NCBI GenBank assembly: GCA_964106645.2
Contig: OZ067044.1
From: Podarcis pityusensis
Taxonomy: Eukaryota
Length of the DNA stretch: 64,000 nucleotides
Strand: one strand, 5' to 3'
Part shown: piece by piece, positions 1 through 12,028 of the stretch
Layout: every line of letters begins with the position of its first letter
How positions within the stretch are numbered: the first letter of the stretch is position 1
The notes under the pieces: model-generated
What the model was told of the DNA's origin: nothing
The model's input: the letters and a program-made list of their open reading frames with translations, nothing else
Database searches by the model: none
Translations under genes and position numbers: made by a program

Positions 1-1737
1 AAGTCTTGGGTTTCTTGCCACCTGGCAAATCCCGAGGCTGCTCCGCCCCAGAGAGTAGGAGTTTTTGTTCGTATTTGCTTTACTGACATTTGCCTCGCCA
101 CCTGGCTGACATGCCTTCGTGTTCCCGGGTGGATTTTGTGTTATGCCCCAGGGAGGCCTCTCTTGAGTTCCAGCGGGAAAATCTTCAGGACGACTCTTGG
201 ATCAGGATGAGGCAATTGTTGCAGCTTGCAAGATGTGCTTGTAAACATAACGGAGACTTGTGGCACCTTAACGCCTGGCTCTCAATCCTTTTCCTCTAGT
301 CCTCGCTTTCAAGATAAAAATTTGCTCGCGCCACGCCAAATTTGCTAATATATTGCAAAGAAATACATTGGAAAACAAAAAGAAACAACTCTTAGCAATG
401 ATTGATTTGTAACACAGAACACAGCTACTTAATAATATGATCCAGGAAGTATAAAACAATGCAGCTACATAAGAACATGAATATTCCCCAAAAGGGTCTT
501 CTCCAGCACCCGATCGAAAGGCGATTCTGGATCACAACTAGGATTGTCATCAGTATCACTGGATGCTCTTGCTCTCATTTTGAAAGGGTGTCTATCCAGA
601 TTCTGCAAATAATAAAAAAATTCTTTGATTGTCCTTGAATCTTCCCGCCACTCTTGCCATCTTCTCCTGCCCCACACCGGTGTGGCCCAGCCACACCCTT
701 TGAGAGCCCCTGTCTTAACGGCTTGGTGGGTGTAGGACACACTTTGTTTTATTCTGCGGCTCTGCTTAAAACGGAGCGCCTTTGGGGGCCATTAAACGTC
801 TTCTCATTACTTGTGATTGCTTAAATCTGGTAGTCCTTATTAAAATGCGGCTGCATATTAAAGCTGCGTGCGAAAACTCAGGGCTCCGACTGTTGAACCA
901 CGTCTTCTTCTCCGACGCTCCAAGGCTGGCGATGCTCAAGAAGAAACAGGACAAAGAGGACGTATCGCAGCTCAGCTAATGCCCAGCCCGGATGGACCCG
1001 TTTGCCCAGCGCCCAGACTCCAACTGAAGGCGCTTCTGCGATTGACCGTTTGGCTGTGCAGGCACCATGCATTCAAAGGATGCACACGGATATAGGATTC
1101 TTGGTGCTTTAAATATACAGTATAGGGTGTGCGCAGCCTTTGCCTTCATGGAAGGGTGCAAACAGGATCTTCTTTGGGCGAGATTGAGGATGAGCTCTGG
1201 GAGGCTCAGAGTTTCAGTCCTAAAGTCATCTAAGCCCATAGAACTATTCTGGAAGAATATTTCACAGTAGTCGCTTTGAGCATTTGCCTGCCATCTCTTG
1301 GGTAGCTTTGAGTGGTGAGACTTCCTTTACACACACACATGTCCTGCATAGTAAGAAGCATTTTCTTCGCCTGGGCTGTTTCACGCACAACAACGGGTCA
1401 CCGGCAGGCAACACACGGCGCTGGCCACCAGTCCTGGCTGTCCGCCCCAATGAGCGTACCTGCGTGGTATAGGCGTTTCCAGATCCGTTTGTGATATCCA
1501 CGCTATATCTTTAAGCCAAATCCACTTTCAAGAACTTAGCTGCGAAGAGGCCGGTCAGTCAACGGGGTACCAAAAATATCCACCGGCTTCCTCCCGGCAG
1601 GGCTTCTGCGCCTCTCCCACAGTGGTCAACGTGCTGGGCGGCCGGGTGCTGCAGGTGCCTGGTCTGGGCAGGACTCCAGGTAACCGCCGCTGCTAGTCTT
1701 CCTTCTTGTAAACTCGCTTGCAATTCCAGTCCCGCAT
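1..1737 (-). pseudogene. PCDHAC1: Highly decayed C-type protocadherin alpha (alpha-C1) variable exon; runs off the left edge
   Basis: Minus-strand fragments in shifting frames match recalled human PCDHAC1 colinearly: YSVDITNGSGN ~ YFGVDLPSGN (~1476-1508), LPAGD ~ FPAGD (1397-1411), NAQ (~1280), PELIL ~ PELVL (1186-1200), VPAQPNG-x4-RLQ-x7-NGSI ~ VPETAPNG-x4-RVQ-x8-NGEV (~991-1065), AELRY ~ AELRH (962-976), ASLGASE ~ ASLGPPE (910-930), DTDDNP ~ DVNDNTP (~540-556), IIAKSCF ~ ITAKTSF (~383-403), GHNTK..W ~ GHLVTK..W (~98-149), GICQVAR ~ GELRTAR (~13-33). Many stops, frameshifts and deletions. Lies where alpha-C1 is expected, after the last alternate exon. The 5' boundary is approximate. Confidence 0.75.
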
Positions 1738-2450
1738 TGGCTGGTGCTCCTGTGACGTCACGGCAGCCACCCCTATCCTCGGCGCTGAGCTGAAAAGACG
1801 GTTGTCGCCTCCCGCACCAATTTCCTCCGCTTCACCGACAACTCCTGGGAGCTCCTCGCATGTCAAAAGCAAGCTTTCCAATTCCACTTCACGCCTCCGA
1901 ACAAAACGTCCTTCCTGGGGCAGCCTCCCTGGCGGGCATCTGGCAGAAGGCGAGAAGCAGCAGCTGCCCAGAAAGAAGCCCCTTAAACGCGCGGCTGCCA
2001 GCGGCCCCCGACGCCCGCTGCGCCTCCCAGGAAACCTGCGGGCGGCATCTCTTGAGCGCTCGGCAATGGGCAGAAGAGCGGCTGCCAAGGAGGCAAACTG
2101 CGCGTCCGAGATTCGCCGCTGGATTCGGGAGCGCGTCGAGCGGCCGCTGCGCGTTGATTTACGAGTCAACCGCAGGGAATCTGATTTCCAGGAAACCCGC
2201 GGCGTAAGGACTCCTGGGCAAGGAAGGGCGGCCGCGTCTCTCGTGCTGCCGCCTTGCTCCCCGCCGGCCAAGGACGGAGCTACCCTCGAACTGCCCCTCT
2301 GGTAACCTGAAGCCATCTTGTAACTTGGAGCTTTCTCCATGCTCTCTCTTTTATGCCTCTGTGCAGGAAGAGACATGGGTGTCTCCCAAGGAAGACCTTT
2401 GGCACGAATGCAAACAAGTGAACCGCGTACTGCGTACTGGCAACTTGCCG
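1540..2450. promoter_or_regulatory. CpG island / orphan promoter of the alpha-C1 relic
   Basis: Very GC- and CpG-rich compared with the rest of the window. Palindromic CRE GTGACGTCAC at 1752-1761, minus-strand CCAAT at 1736-1740, CGCT-containing CTCF-like motif GGCGTCGGGGGCCGCTG (minus, 1999-2015). Confidence 0.75.
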
Positions 2451-2623
2451 GCAGCCAGCCAAGTGCTTTTTAGGAAAAGGGAAGAGCTGAACATGCCGAA
2501 GAAAAGCATTCATTGCAAACCTTCCGTTTTGCTTCACCTTCTTTCAACGGCAAGATCACCCCTTCAGGTGTCACAGGAAGCTGTTGTCTTTAGCCTTCTT
2601 TCTCTCTTTGGGGGCCCACATTA

Positions 2624-2849
2624 CAGTGGTACCTCGGGTTACAGACGCTTCAGGTTACAGACTCCGCTAACCCAGAAATAGTACCTCGGATTAAGAACTT
2701 TGCTTCAGGATGAGAACAGAAATCGTGCTCCGGCTGCGCGGCGGCAGCGGGAGGCCCCATTAGCTAAAGTGGTGCTTCAGGTTATGAACAGTTTCAGGTT
2801 AAGAACGGACCTCCGGAACGAATTAAGTTCTTAACCTGAGGTACCACTG
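2624..2849. mobile_element. Tc1/mariner-type MITE (CAGTGGTACCTC TIR family)
   Basis: Terminal inverted repeats CAGTGGTACCTC...GAGGTACCACTG flanked by TA on both sides; five near-identical copies in the window. Confidence 0.9.
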
Positions 2850-4099
2850 TACTGCTCTATAGCTAAGGCTTGCTGCTTTCTAAAATTCATCCCTTTTATT
2901 TAATGGCTCTATAAAAGACTCTTACTAAGTCCCACTGACTTTAATAGGGCTTACTTCTATGTAGACATAAACAGGACTGCACTGTAAGTCTGTTCTCCAT
3001 TGCTATCCATTCATCAAGCACCAAACTGATTAAAACCTCAGTTCCCTTTTGCTATTGACTCATGCTTTTTCATTCCTGGTCCCTTCATCTCAATTTTAAG
3101 GAAACATTTAAAATGCATCTTTTCTTTCTTGCATTTCACATTTGATGTTCTATTTGAAAAGACTTCATTGAAATAAATGGGACTTGGACAGGATTTAGGT
3201 ATCTAAAGACAAGCCCTATTCAGCTGGATGGAACTTGAACGAAGTGTGGGAGATTAGCAGCCCAATCTAGCAATGGATATTCTTACTAGTTAGCATGAGA
3301 AGGGGTTAAAGACCACAGAGCTGTACTGCCAATAGACAGACACAGATAACAGAAATGTAATTTGTTGAGAGGGCTCTGTGTAGTGTCATTTCGTCTCCTT
3401 TCCTGAGGGGGGGGGGCATATGGACTATTCCTTTCTTTCTTCCTGTTTCTCTTTGATAAGCAATAGGAGCAGATATACATCCAACTGCTCTATCTCAGGC
3501 ACATGCCTGAGGCTGTTTATACTGGAAATATAAGTATTTCGCCTGCATTTATTTTACTGCTGTTGCTGCTGAGAATGAATGCAGTATTGTGACTTTTTCT
3601 GTTACGGATGGAACTTTAAACTTTGCTCAGCCCTACATTTTAAATGAAGTGGTAAGATGGTCTCTTTATACGTTCAATGCACACATGGGCACCTGGAGGG
3701 ATAAATTGCAATTAATGTATCCTCTCCTACCTATTAAAACCCATCTCACATCAAGATCTTGAACCAGACAGCAAATTGTGCATGAAATACAGGTAGAATA
3801 ATCTGTACTTCCCTGCTCCATCACCACTCTCTCTGTCTAGAAGAGAAAGGAAGATTCTGAAGGATGACAATGAGCTGCAGAATTTGAAGTTTTCAGGAAG
3901 TGAAAGGTGTGTGTGCCCAGAGTGTTTGTGTCTGATGACAGGGACAAGTGCCACTTCTGTCCATCTGCTAGCACGCAGGCTGCAAAGGTGGGAGGGAAAA
4001 GGCTCTTTGTGGGACTGCAGGTTCTACAAGAGAGGAAGTCTAACTTTAGGGATGGCAGAAGGTTTAATGGCATGCTGGTAGCCGGAGGTTTTATGGTGA

Positions 4100-4278
4100 A
4101 GGCTGTAATGGTACAAGGGGCAGTTTGCTTCTCTATTTCTAGGAACCACAGGAGTGGAGAGCACTTGTGCTTGGGTCTTGCCTTGGGGCTTGGCACAGTC
4201 AATTGGTTGGTCACAGTGAGAACAGGATGCTTGACTAGACGGGCCATTGGCTTAATCCAGCAACCTCTTCTTATATAC
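4100..4278 (+). mobile_element. CR1-like LINE 3' end fragment
   Basis: GGTTGGTCACAGTGAGAACAGGATGCTTGACTAGACGGGCC...CTCTTCTTAT resembles squamate CR1 3' ends; a related reverse copy lies at ~31457-31850. Confidence 0.5.
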
Positions 4279-7054
4279 TTTTTGCAGAACAGCCAGGCCC
4301 TGTACCTACAGACTGCCTAGCTTAGGCAGTCAAATGCTGACTTGGGAGCTCCTCACAAGGACCAGATACTTCCTTGATGATGATCCTTCAGCAGTTTGAG
4401 ATTATTGGTCACTAAATGGCACTTGTTGCAGTTCTGTGCAAGTGCAGGGGGTGGGGAGGCCAAGAGGTCTACATTTTGCTCAACTTGAAAAAAATCCTTG
4501 GCTCTGCTGTTTTTTATGTTGATTCTATTTAATACTGTTTTGATTTAATTTATTATTTTTAACACTGTTATATTATTCTAATTTGTCAATATTGCTTGCC
4601 ACTTTTTATATTTTTTAGAAGATGACAGGCAAAATTTTAAAAGAAATTAAAGTAAAATATTACAATGTTTAAAATTGAATATTTTGTTTATGAGATCTAT
4701 GGGTTGTTCTACCAATAGCAAAGGTTGTCAAATTCTGAACAATCTCAGCATTTGTTTGTTGTTTTTCTATACTCTCATGTAATTGATCTGCTTTGACATG
4801 ATAGGCAACATTAAAGTGATTTGTTTTCCCATTCTGCTATTGTAGGGGCAAGACAATGTTCTCTAACATGTAGTACCCTGGCCAGCAGAACAGTCCTGTG
4901 CATGTTTATTCAGAAGTTCTAAAATGTTCATTTGGACTTTCTCCATGTATATAGTACTGCAGCCTTAGACTGATGTATATGAATTAGAAACTGTGACATG
5001 AACGCACTTGTCAGATTTGGGTTAGCTCTGGAACACTTTCAATGATATTGGGGACAATAATACGTAACAATCAAATAGGATTGATATAAGGCAATACACA
5101 CAGAGAGAGAGACTTCTGAACACTCTAAAAAGATTTTATAAACTCCAAAGGAGGTGAGGATATCTCTATGGAGTCAGCAAAAACAGAGGGCCCAATGTTA
5201 ATTTTATTTCTGTTTATTGATTCAGTTACTGCCTTGATCATTTGAAAGCTCTTGGTTGCTGAGCAAACTAGCAAAGATGGGGAGAAGAATTCCCCTCCTC
5301 CCTTTGCCACTTCCAACAGAAAAGGCTGTTATCTCATTTGATTTTTAAAAGGTGTAATATACCAACTTGTCATTAGCTCAAAGCAGTTCCGTCTTAAATT
5401 AGCACATCATGACAAATTATTAACAGATTTCAATGTTGCAATTCCTATTTCTCTCATCACCTCCACCAAGTGAGAAAGAAGCCCACCCTGAAGCAGAAAA
5501 TGTCTTTCAGGACCCCGTAGTAGAAGCAAAAACTAGTGTGAATTTCTAGTGCAACCATTTCAGTATAGAGACATCTGGACCTTACATCTACTCTTCCAAG
5601 CTGTGAGCATGCTAAGAAGCTTACCCAGATTCGAGACAGATACCAAAGAGAACTCAGTTCCAAGACTGTCTAGTTCTGCTCTTCAGTCATCTCTCAAACT
5701 GCTTTGGCTGGCCAATATTCATATGCTCTATTGACAATGTCAAACTATCATATAAAATACACTTCGCAAGCATACACAGCAGCATAAATATCATATTCAT
5801 AAGGCAAGCACAGCATGTAAACTAGGTTTCAGTCTATATTGCCTCCTGCTTCTGGGCCTCCGAGCTGCTCCCACCCTCACCCCCCAAAATTAAGTGCAGT
5901 GTGATTTTTTTCCCCCTGCCACAGATAGATGGACTGGAAAGCTGCTACTTGAAGTTGGAACTGGTCCATAGAGCTGATGTAGTGGTAGACTAGCAGAGTG
6001 AAATGAGGAAAAATGAAGTAAATTCTCCTGAGACATACAGTGAATGATTTGTAAACTGAAGACTAACTCGGAGACAACTATTACAATATGCACTTGAGCT
6101 GAGAGGTTGTGAAGTTAGTCTGATGGAAAGTAAACTGAAACGTGGAAAGAGCTTATGTAGCTGCCTTAAGCACAGCAGCAATTTTTAGAAATTATATCTC
6201 TCCTCCTGTTGGAGTCAGTCTCCAGGTGTAACAGATTACTTTAAAAATGCTATTAGATCATTAAACACCCCATAGTCCTAGGTAAAACAACCACCAAGTC
6301 TCTAGTTTAAAAGAGCAAGAAAAGAAAGACAACCAGGATTTTAGAAAGCAACGTGTGTTTTCTGGCAGCAGATACTATCCTACTTCCTGGTCACTGTGAT
6401 AAAACACCTTGATAGTGTGTGGCCAGTGGTACTCAAATGTCTGAGAAATGCAGAACATAAAATTCCAATGCAAAGCAAGGAAAGTTTTTTAACAAGCTAC
6501 TTGAAGAGACATACAAGTTAAGGGGCGGGGGAAATAGAAAAGAAAAAAGCATATATGCCGATAGGCTTAGAGTGGCAGGTGAAGACAAAGCTTGCCAATG
6601 CCCAAACATTTGTTATAAGCACAAGTACAGCGGATCCTGGAAAGAAGCAGCTGTTTTTTGACCTGCAGTTCCAGACACAGCATGGATACATTTCTAGGGA
6701 GATCAATCAAAGGCAGAGGCTAGTCAAGAAAGAAAACAACGCCTTAGGCTAACATGAGGAAGGATTTGTTGGTTGACATTCTTCTGTCTCAAAAGATAAT
6801 GGAATGTGGCTCCAGTCAAACTGTTTTGTTAACAGCATAAAGTGACCTTCCTGGGACGCAAACCTGGGCAATGTGTATGAAGGTCCTGGGCTACCCAGAT
6901 GACAAGACCCGCCTCTCGGCCTTGCTGATAGGGTCCAAAGGAAAGCAGAGCAAGACATCTGGCACCAGCTTGGCTGCAGGAGTTACCAGAAGGAGGTGTA
7001 CAAGGCGCCATCCAGCCATCTTAGGGACTCTGCTATGGGTTTATGTAGGGTTTA

Positions 7055-7393
7055 CAGTGGTGCCTCGCAAGACGAAATTAATTCGTTCTGCGAGTTTTTT
7101 TGTCTTGCGATTTTTTTCGTCTTGCGAAGCACGGTTTCCCAAAGTCTTCAAAATCACCAAAGTCTTCAAAAACCTCAAAAAAGGCTACCACACCGCGTGC
7201 TATGAGTTGCTCCTCGAAGTCACCCTGGGTATTAACGGTTTTAAGAAAAAGGAAACAAACTTGCAAGACGTTTTCGTTTTTTTCGTTTTTCGTCTTGCTA
7301 AGCAAGCCCATAGGGAAATTCGTCTTGCGAAGCAACTCAAAAAACGAAAAACTCTTTCGTCTTGCACGTTTTTCGTCTTGCGAGGTACCACTG
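7055..7393. mobile_element. Palindromic Tc1/mariner-type MITE (second family)
   Basis: TA-CAGTGGTGCCTCGCAAGACGAAA ... TTTCGTCTTGCGAGGTACCACTG-TA, with repeated TTCGTCTTGC subterminal motifs. Confidence 0.88.
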
Positions 7394-8042
7394 TATTCCT
7401 TAGCCTTTTCTTCTCCCAAAGAGATCATGCAAAGCATCAGAGATTTAGGACCAGAGTTCTCCTTCTCCTAGATTGGGTACCTTCCCAGGTTGGCAATCCT
7501 CATCTGCTCCTCACTTCCTTCTACAGCATGTGCAGAAACCACCTTAATGACCATTGGAGCCACTATTGGTCTTGTCTGCTCAATCTGCCAGAGCCTGTCT
7601 TCACATGCAGGTGAAGTCCCTAACTCACTGAGAGTTGAGACCCATTGGCTATCCTCACCTTAGCCGGCTAGTCAAAACCATTTCCTGGGGTGTGCCCACT
7701 GTTGAATGCTGACAACTTCTAGGAGCCATAGGTGAGAGCTAAGTGCAGAGTGGGGACCACAGTAGGACAAACTACCCTAGAAGGAGCACGATTCATACAA
7801 ATCAACTGCAATTCCTTCATAGATACAAAGACACACACATACCTCAACAGCAAAATGAACCATTGGCAGCAAAATAACATAATCTCAGCCCATCAAATAC
7901 TGAAGGAAAAGGTAAGTTTTTACCTGAAAAGATGTTAACAAAGGACCAGGCGGACCTCACAAAGGACCGTATCCCACCTCAGAAGAAGATTTAAGAGTGT
8001 AGGTGGCTTCCAGAAGCTACTGAGACTCTGAGACCTAAAGAG

Positions 8043-8126
8043 CTTTATAGGTCAAACCAGCATTTTTAAACTATATAGGTCAAAACCAGCATTTTAAAAC
8101 TTTATAGGTCAAAATCAGCATTTTAA
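8043..8126. repeat. Tandem repeat, 3 x ~29 bp
   Basis: ctttataggtcaaa(a)ccagcatttt(t)aaa repeated three times. Confidence 0.85.
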
Positions 8127-8739
8127 TTGAGCTCTGAATCTAGAACAAATCTAGTTGTAACAGAATTGGTGTTATAGTATCTCTTCGCCTTGAAGCTGTC
8201 AACAGTCGGGCAGCCACATTCTTTCCTAATAGAAGCTTCCAAACCATTTTCAAAGGCAGCTCCATGCAGAGCACATTGCAATGGTTCAATCTTGTACTTA
8301 CCAGAGAACAGATTACTGCAGCCATATTACCCCTGTTCAGATAGGGTTGTATTTGAGCCACTGGCCTAAATTGGTAAAAGGCACTCCATGCCACTGAGGC
8401 CAGCTGTGTGTCTTCCCCCTTTGTTTTGACAGCTGGGGGAGGCTTGGAAGTCATGGGTGGGCAGCGCGCCAAATGGCCACCATCAGTAGCTCGCTCCGCC
8501 CCCCTGGGTGGCTCACTCCGCCCCTGGCTGCAGGGCATGCACCACTCAGTGCACCCAAGCAGCTATCCCACACCTGGGAGGACACCCTCCATGCCCCTCC
8601 CCCCTCGGGAGCACACCCACCCTGGGCAGCATGAGCATATGCTCTGCCACTCCTTCTGGAGTCTATCATTCAAGTAGGAGCAGAATCATTGGAATGCAAT
8701 GCCCCAAATATCCAGCTCAGGCAGTCGCCTCAGAATGAT

Positions 8740-9084
8740 AAGTAAAGGTCAAGGGACCCCTGACCATTAAGTCCAGTCACAGACGACTCTGGGGTTGCGG
8801 TGTTCACCTCACTTTACTGGCCGAGGGAGCCAGCGTACAGCTTCTGGGTCATGTGGCCAGCATGGCTAAGCCGCTTCTGGTGAACCAGAGCAGCGCACGG
8901 AAACGCTGTTTACCTTCCTACCTGAGCAGTACCTACTTATCTACTTGCATTTTGATGTCCTTTTGAACTGCTAGGTTGGCAGGGACTGAACAACGGGAGC
9001 TCACCCCATCACGGGGATTTGAACCGCCAACCTTCTGATTGGCAAGCCCTAGGCTCTGTGGTTTAGACCACAGCGCCACCCGCG
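8740..9084 (-). mobile_element. Sauria SINE
   Basis: Reverse complement of the GACGCGGGTGGCGCTGTGG head and (ACCTTT)n-type tail; TSD tcagaatgat at 8730-8739 and 9085-9094. Confidence 0.92.
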
Positions 9085-9912
9085 TCAGAATGATGCCATG
9101 GTCAATAATATTGAAAACCTCTAAAAGATCAAGGAATATCAACAGAGTCACACTCCCCCTGTCTCTTTTATGACACACATCATTGTACAAGGCAACCAAG
9201 TTTCCCAATGAAACCCAGGTCTGAATGCCAACTGAAATGGATCTGGGAAATATGGCTCCTCCAAGAGTAACTGGATCTGGTTTGCAACCACCCTCTCAAG
9301 AGACTGACTCCATCTTGAGTGGGGCACCTCACAGAGCTGTTTTTCACATATTTTACAGAGGGCTCATTGTACCTTGCAAGGCTGGTATGATGCCCAGTCA
9401 ATAAACATGTTTTAAAATTTACTTCTGGCAACGGCTAGAAGTTAACAGAAAACTGGTCTGTGAACTACTGGGACCAGAGGGCTAGAGGAGGAAACTCAGC
9501 TAATAGAGCTTTCATCTTAACATCATGTGTTTTGTGGTTGAAGCAGCTCTTAGGATATCTTTGTACACTCTCAAACAGCAGCTCGTGTCCATACTACACT
9601 TTACCACAGCTGTGGGTAATGTACAGTAATTATAGCTATTTCTTTGCTACAAAGAACCACTGGGAGCAATGGAGGCACCTCACTTAATGCAACTGGGGCA
9701 CTGCCTACCCTAAATCTCCAAACCCACCAAAGCTATAGCCCAGTTCCTCCTCTGTTCCTTACATTCCTATTAAATACACTTAGAGACCCCTCTGGACTTG
9801 TTTTTGCCCATCTGCTGTGCTGGCTAATCATCTCTGGGCAGCACAGCCAGGCACAACAATCCCAATGGTTCCATCCATCTCTTGGAACTTAAAAGGGTTT
9901 GTAAATACTATA

Positions 9913-10168
9913 CAGTGGTACCTCTGGTTGCGTACTTAATTTGTTCTGGGGGTCTATTCTTAACCTGAAACTGTTCTTAACCTGAAGCACCACTTTAGCT
10001 AATGGGGCCTCCTGCTGCTGCTGCCACGCTGCTGCCACACCACCGCTGCGCGATTTCTGTTCTCATCCTGAAGCAAAGTTCTTAACCCAAGGTACTATTT
10101 CTGGGTTAGCGGAGTCTGTAACCTGAAGCGTATGTAACCTGAAGTGTCTGTAACCTGAGGTACCACTG
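9913..10168. mobile_element. Tc1/mariner-type MITE (same family as 2624-2849, inverted)
   Basis: CAGTGGTACCTC TIRs, TA TSD. Confidence 0.9.
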
Positions 10169-11679
10169 TAACACATTCCACTAGAAGTGCCTTATGGAAG
10201 GCAGCAGATCCCTCTGAACCTCCTCTTTTTTTTACCACTTTCCCCAGTGGATTAAACTACCGGCCAATCAGGATTCTCTCAGGGTTTGGGTAGGATTATA
10301 AATGACCTTCCCAACCCCATCAGTTGCATGCATGCATTTCAATCTGAGCCAATCAGATGCATGGATTTTTGGTCTGCCTGTTGCTCTTCTCTTCCTTTGT
10401 GTTACTATTGTCTCACGTTTGCAAGGCAGCAAAGTAAAGCAGGAAAGACAATCTTGCCCCCACCCCTTCTGTGGAAAGCAGCAATATATCTCTTTGAGTT
10501 CCTGGGTCTGGATTTATTACTGGTATATAAATGTTTAAGGAGAGGAGTGGTGGTAAACTATTTCAAAATCCTATTTGCTGTCATGGAAAGGGAAGAGGAG
10601 GAAATATCAGACCACTCATAGGGAGGAGGGGAATAACCTGGCCTTTTTGTAGGAAGGGTGAGGACATTTGTATATTCCCAGAAGTGGAGAAGAAGGGCTA
10701 CCTTTTGTGAGGAAGCCTCCAGCTATCTTAGGCTATCTAAATATCACCAGCATTTTCAACCTTTAGGTTGGATACTCTATACATCATGCTGCTTACTTTG
10801 TAAATAAAATTGTCACTATAATACCTATTGTTTTCCTTGGGCTGTTTGAATATGCTTATTAGCATTCTTTCTCTCTGACTCATGCAGCCTTCAGAATTAA
10901 AGGATCTGGAGATTTTATATGCAATATAATTGATTCCAATTGAGGATAACAGCAATAAATTATTATAATTTAAAAAAAAAACTTAGCAGAGATGTCAGGG
11001 TTTTTCCTGGGCCCAGGAACAGGCCTTCTGTGATGGGTGAGCTGTGAAAGCAGACCCCTTGTGGCAACAGAGGATTGTAGTACCTTGGAGGCTAACAAAT
11101 TCATTATGACAGTCTGATTCTTGGCTGTCAATATTGCCTCATTATCCAACCCCGTTAAAAATCACTATGCTGTGGTCTACATATTGCACTCTGGTGTTCT
11201 AGCCACATATCAAAGTCCTTACAAAGCTATCTGGCTGGTACAGCTAAGGCAAACTAGTTTCATGAGGTCTACAGTACATTTGGTAAATTATGTGCCCAAC
11301 TTTTGCTAGCCAGTTCCAAGAATTAAGTGCCCAGGAGCAGGGCTAGCTCAAAGCATTCAGCTATCCAAGGTGAATTAAAACTTTCCCTGTTCTGTCATAT
11401 TGTATGCTAACCGTACAATAGTACAAAAGGCTGCAAATGAGTACTTACTTGTTTGAGAACAAGATCCATTGAACCTGGAGGAATTTATTCTAAGCAAGCA
11501 TGTACAGGATCAAGGTACACAGCATCAATAGTTGACTGGGATGTAATAGAAACAGAAGAGAAACTAAAATTGAAAGAATTTGAAGAGATCCAAGAACATG
11601 TTAATGATTGGTTACAATATTTTCAAGTAAATGAGGTTTTTAAAGAAGGCACACAAAAAAAGGATTTAGTTATACTTTA

Positions 11680-12028
11680 AGGTAAAGGTAAAGGGACCCC
11701 TTAGGTCCAGTCGTGACCGACTCTGGGGTTGCGGCGCTCATCTCGCTTTATTGGCCGAGGGAGCCGGTGTACAGATTCCGGGTCCTGTGGCCAGCACGAC
11801 TAAGCTGCTTCTGGCGAACCAGAGCAGCGCATGGAAATGCCATTTACCTTCCCGCCGGAGCGGTACCTATTTATCTACTTGCACTTTGATGTACTTTCGA
11901 ACTGCTAGGTTGGCAGGAGCAGGGACCGAGCAATGGGAGCTCACCCCGTCATGGGGATTTGAACCACTGGCCTTCTGATTGGCAAGTCCTAGGCTCTGTG
12001 GTTTAACCCACAGCGCCACCCACGTCCC
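11680..12028 (-). mobile_element. Sauria SINE nested in L1
   Basis: aggtaaaggtaaagggacccc tail to cacgtccc head; TSD agttatacttta (right copy interrupted by ccggta). Confidence 0.92.

Larger units (their letters stand above)
7900..9250 (-). mobile_element. Degenerate L2-type LINE remnant interrupted by a Sauria SINE
   Basis: Minus-strand translation LVALYNDV...DRGSVTLLIFLDLLEVFNIIDHGIIL matches the L2/CR1 RT motif LDLSAAFDTIDH and resumes beyond the SINE. Boundaries approximate. Confidence 0.65.

Noticed and set aside
2290-2305. CTCF site at TTACCAGAGGGGCAG (minus)
   Set aside because: The G-run is one base too long to fit the core register, so it was not called.
1693-2376. 227-aa minus and 195-aa plus (1718-2305) ORFs
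   Set aside because: Arg/Ala/Pro/Ser-rich products of a CpG island, open on both strands, with no recognisable domain.
6871-7614. 247-aa ORF and overlapping ORFs
   Set aside because: They run through a palindromic MITE and flanking probable LINE-derived sequence; low-complexity Phe/Lys composition.
8043-8126. Short direct repeats as a CRISPR-like array
   Set aside because: No spacers, eukaryotic context; a simple tandem duplication inside a LINE remnant.
10255-10360. Two GCCAATCAG boxes as an orphan promoter
   Set aside because: No CpG enrichment, adjacent CSE or downstream exon; insufficient support.
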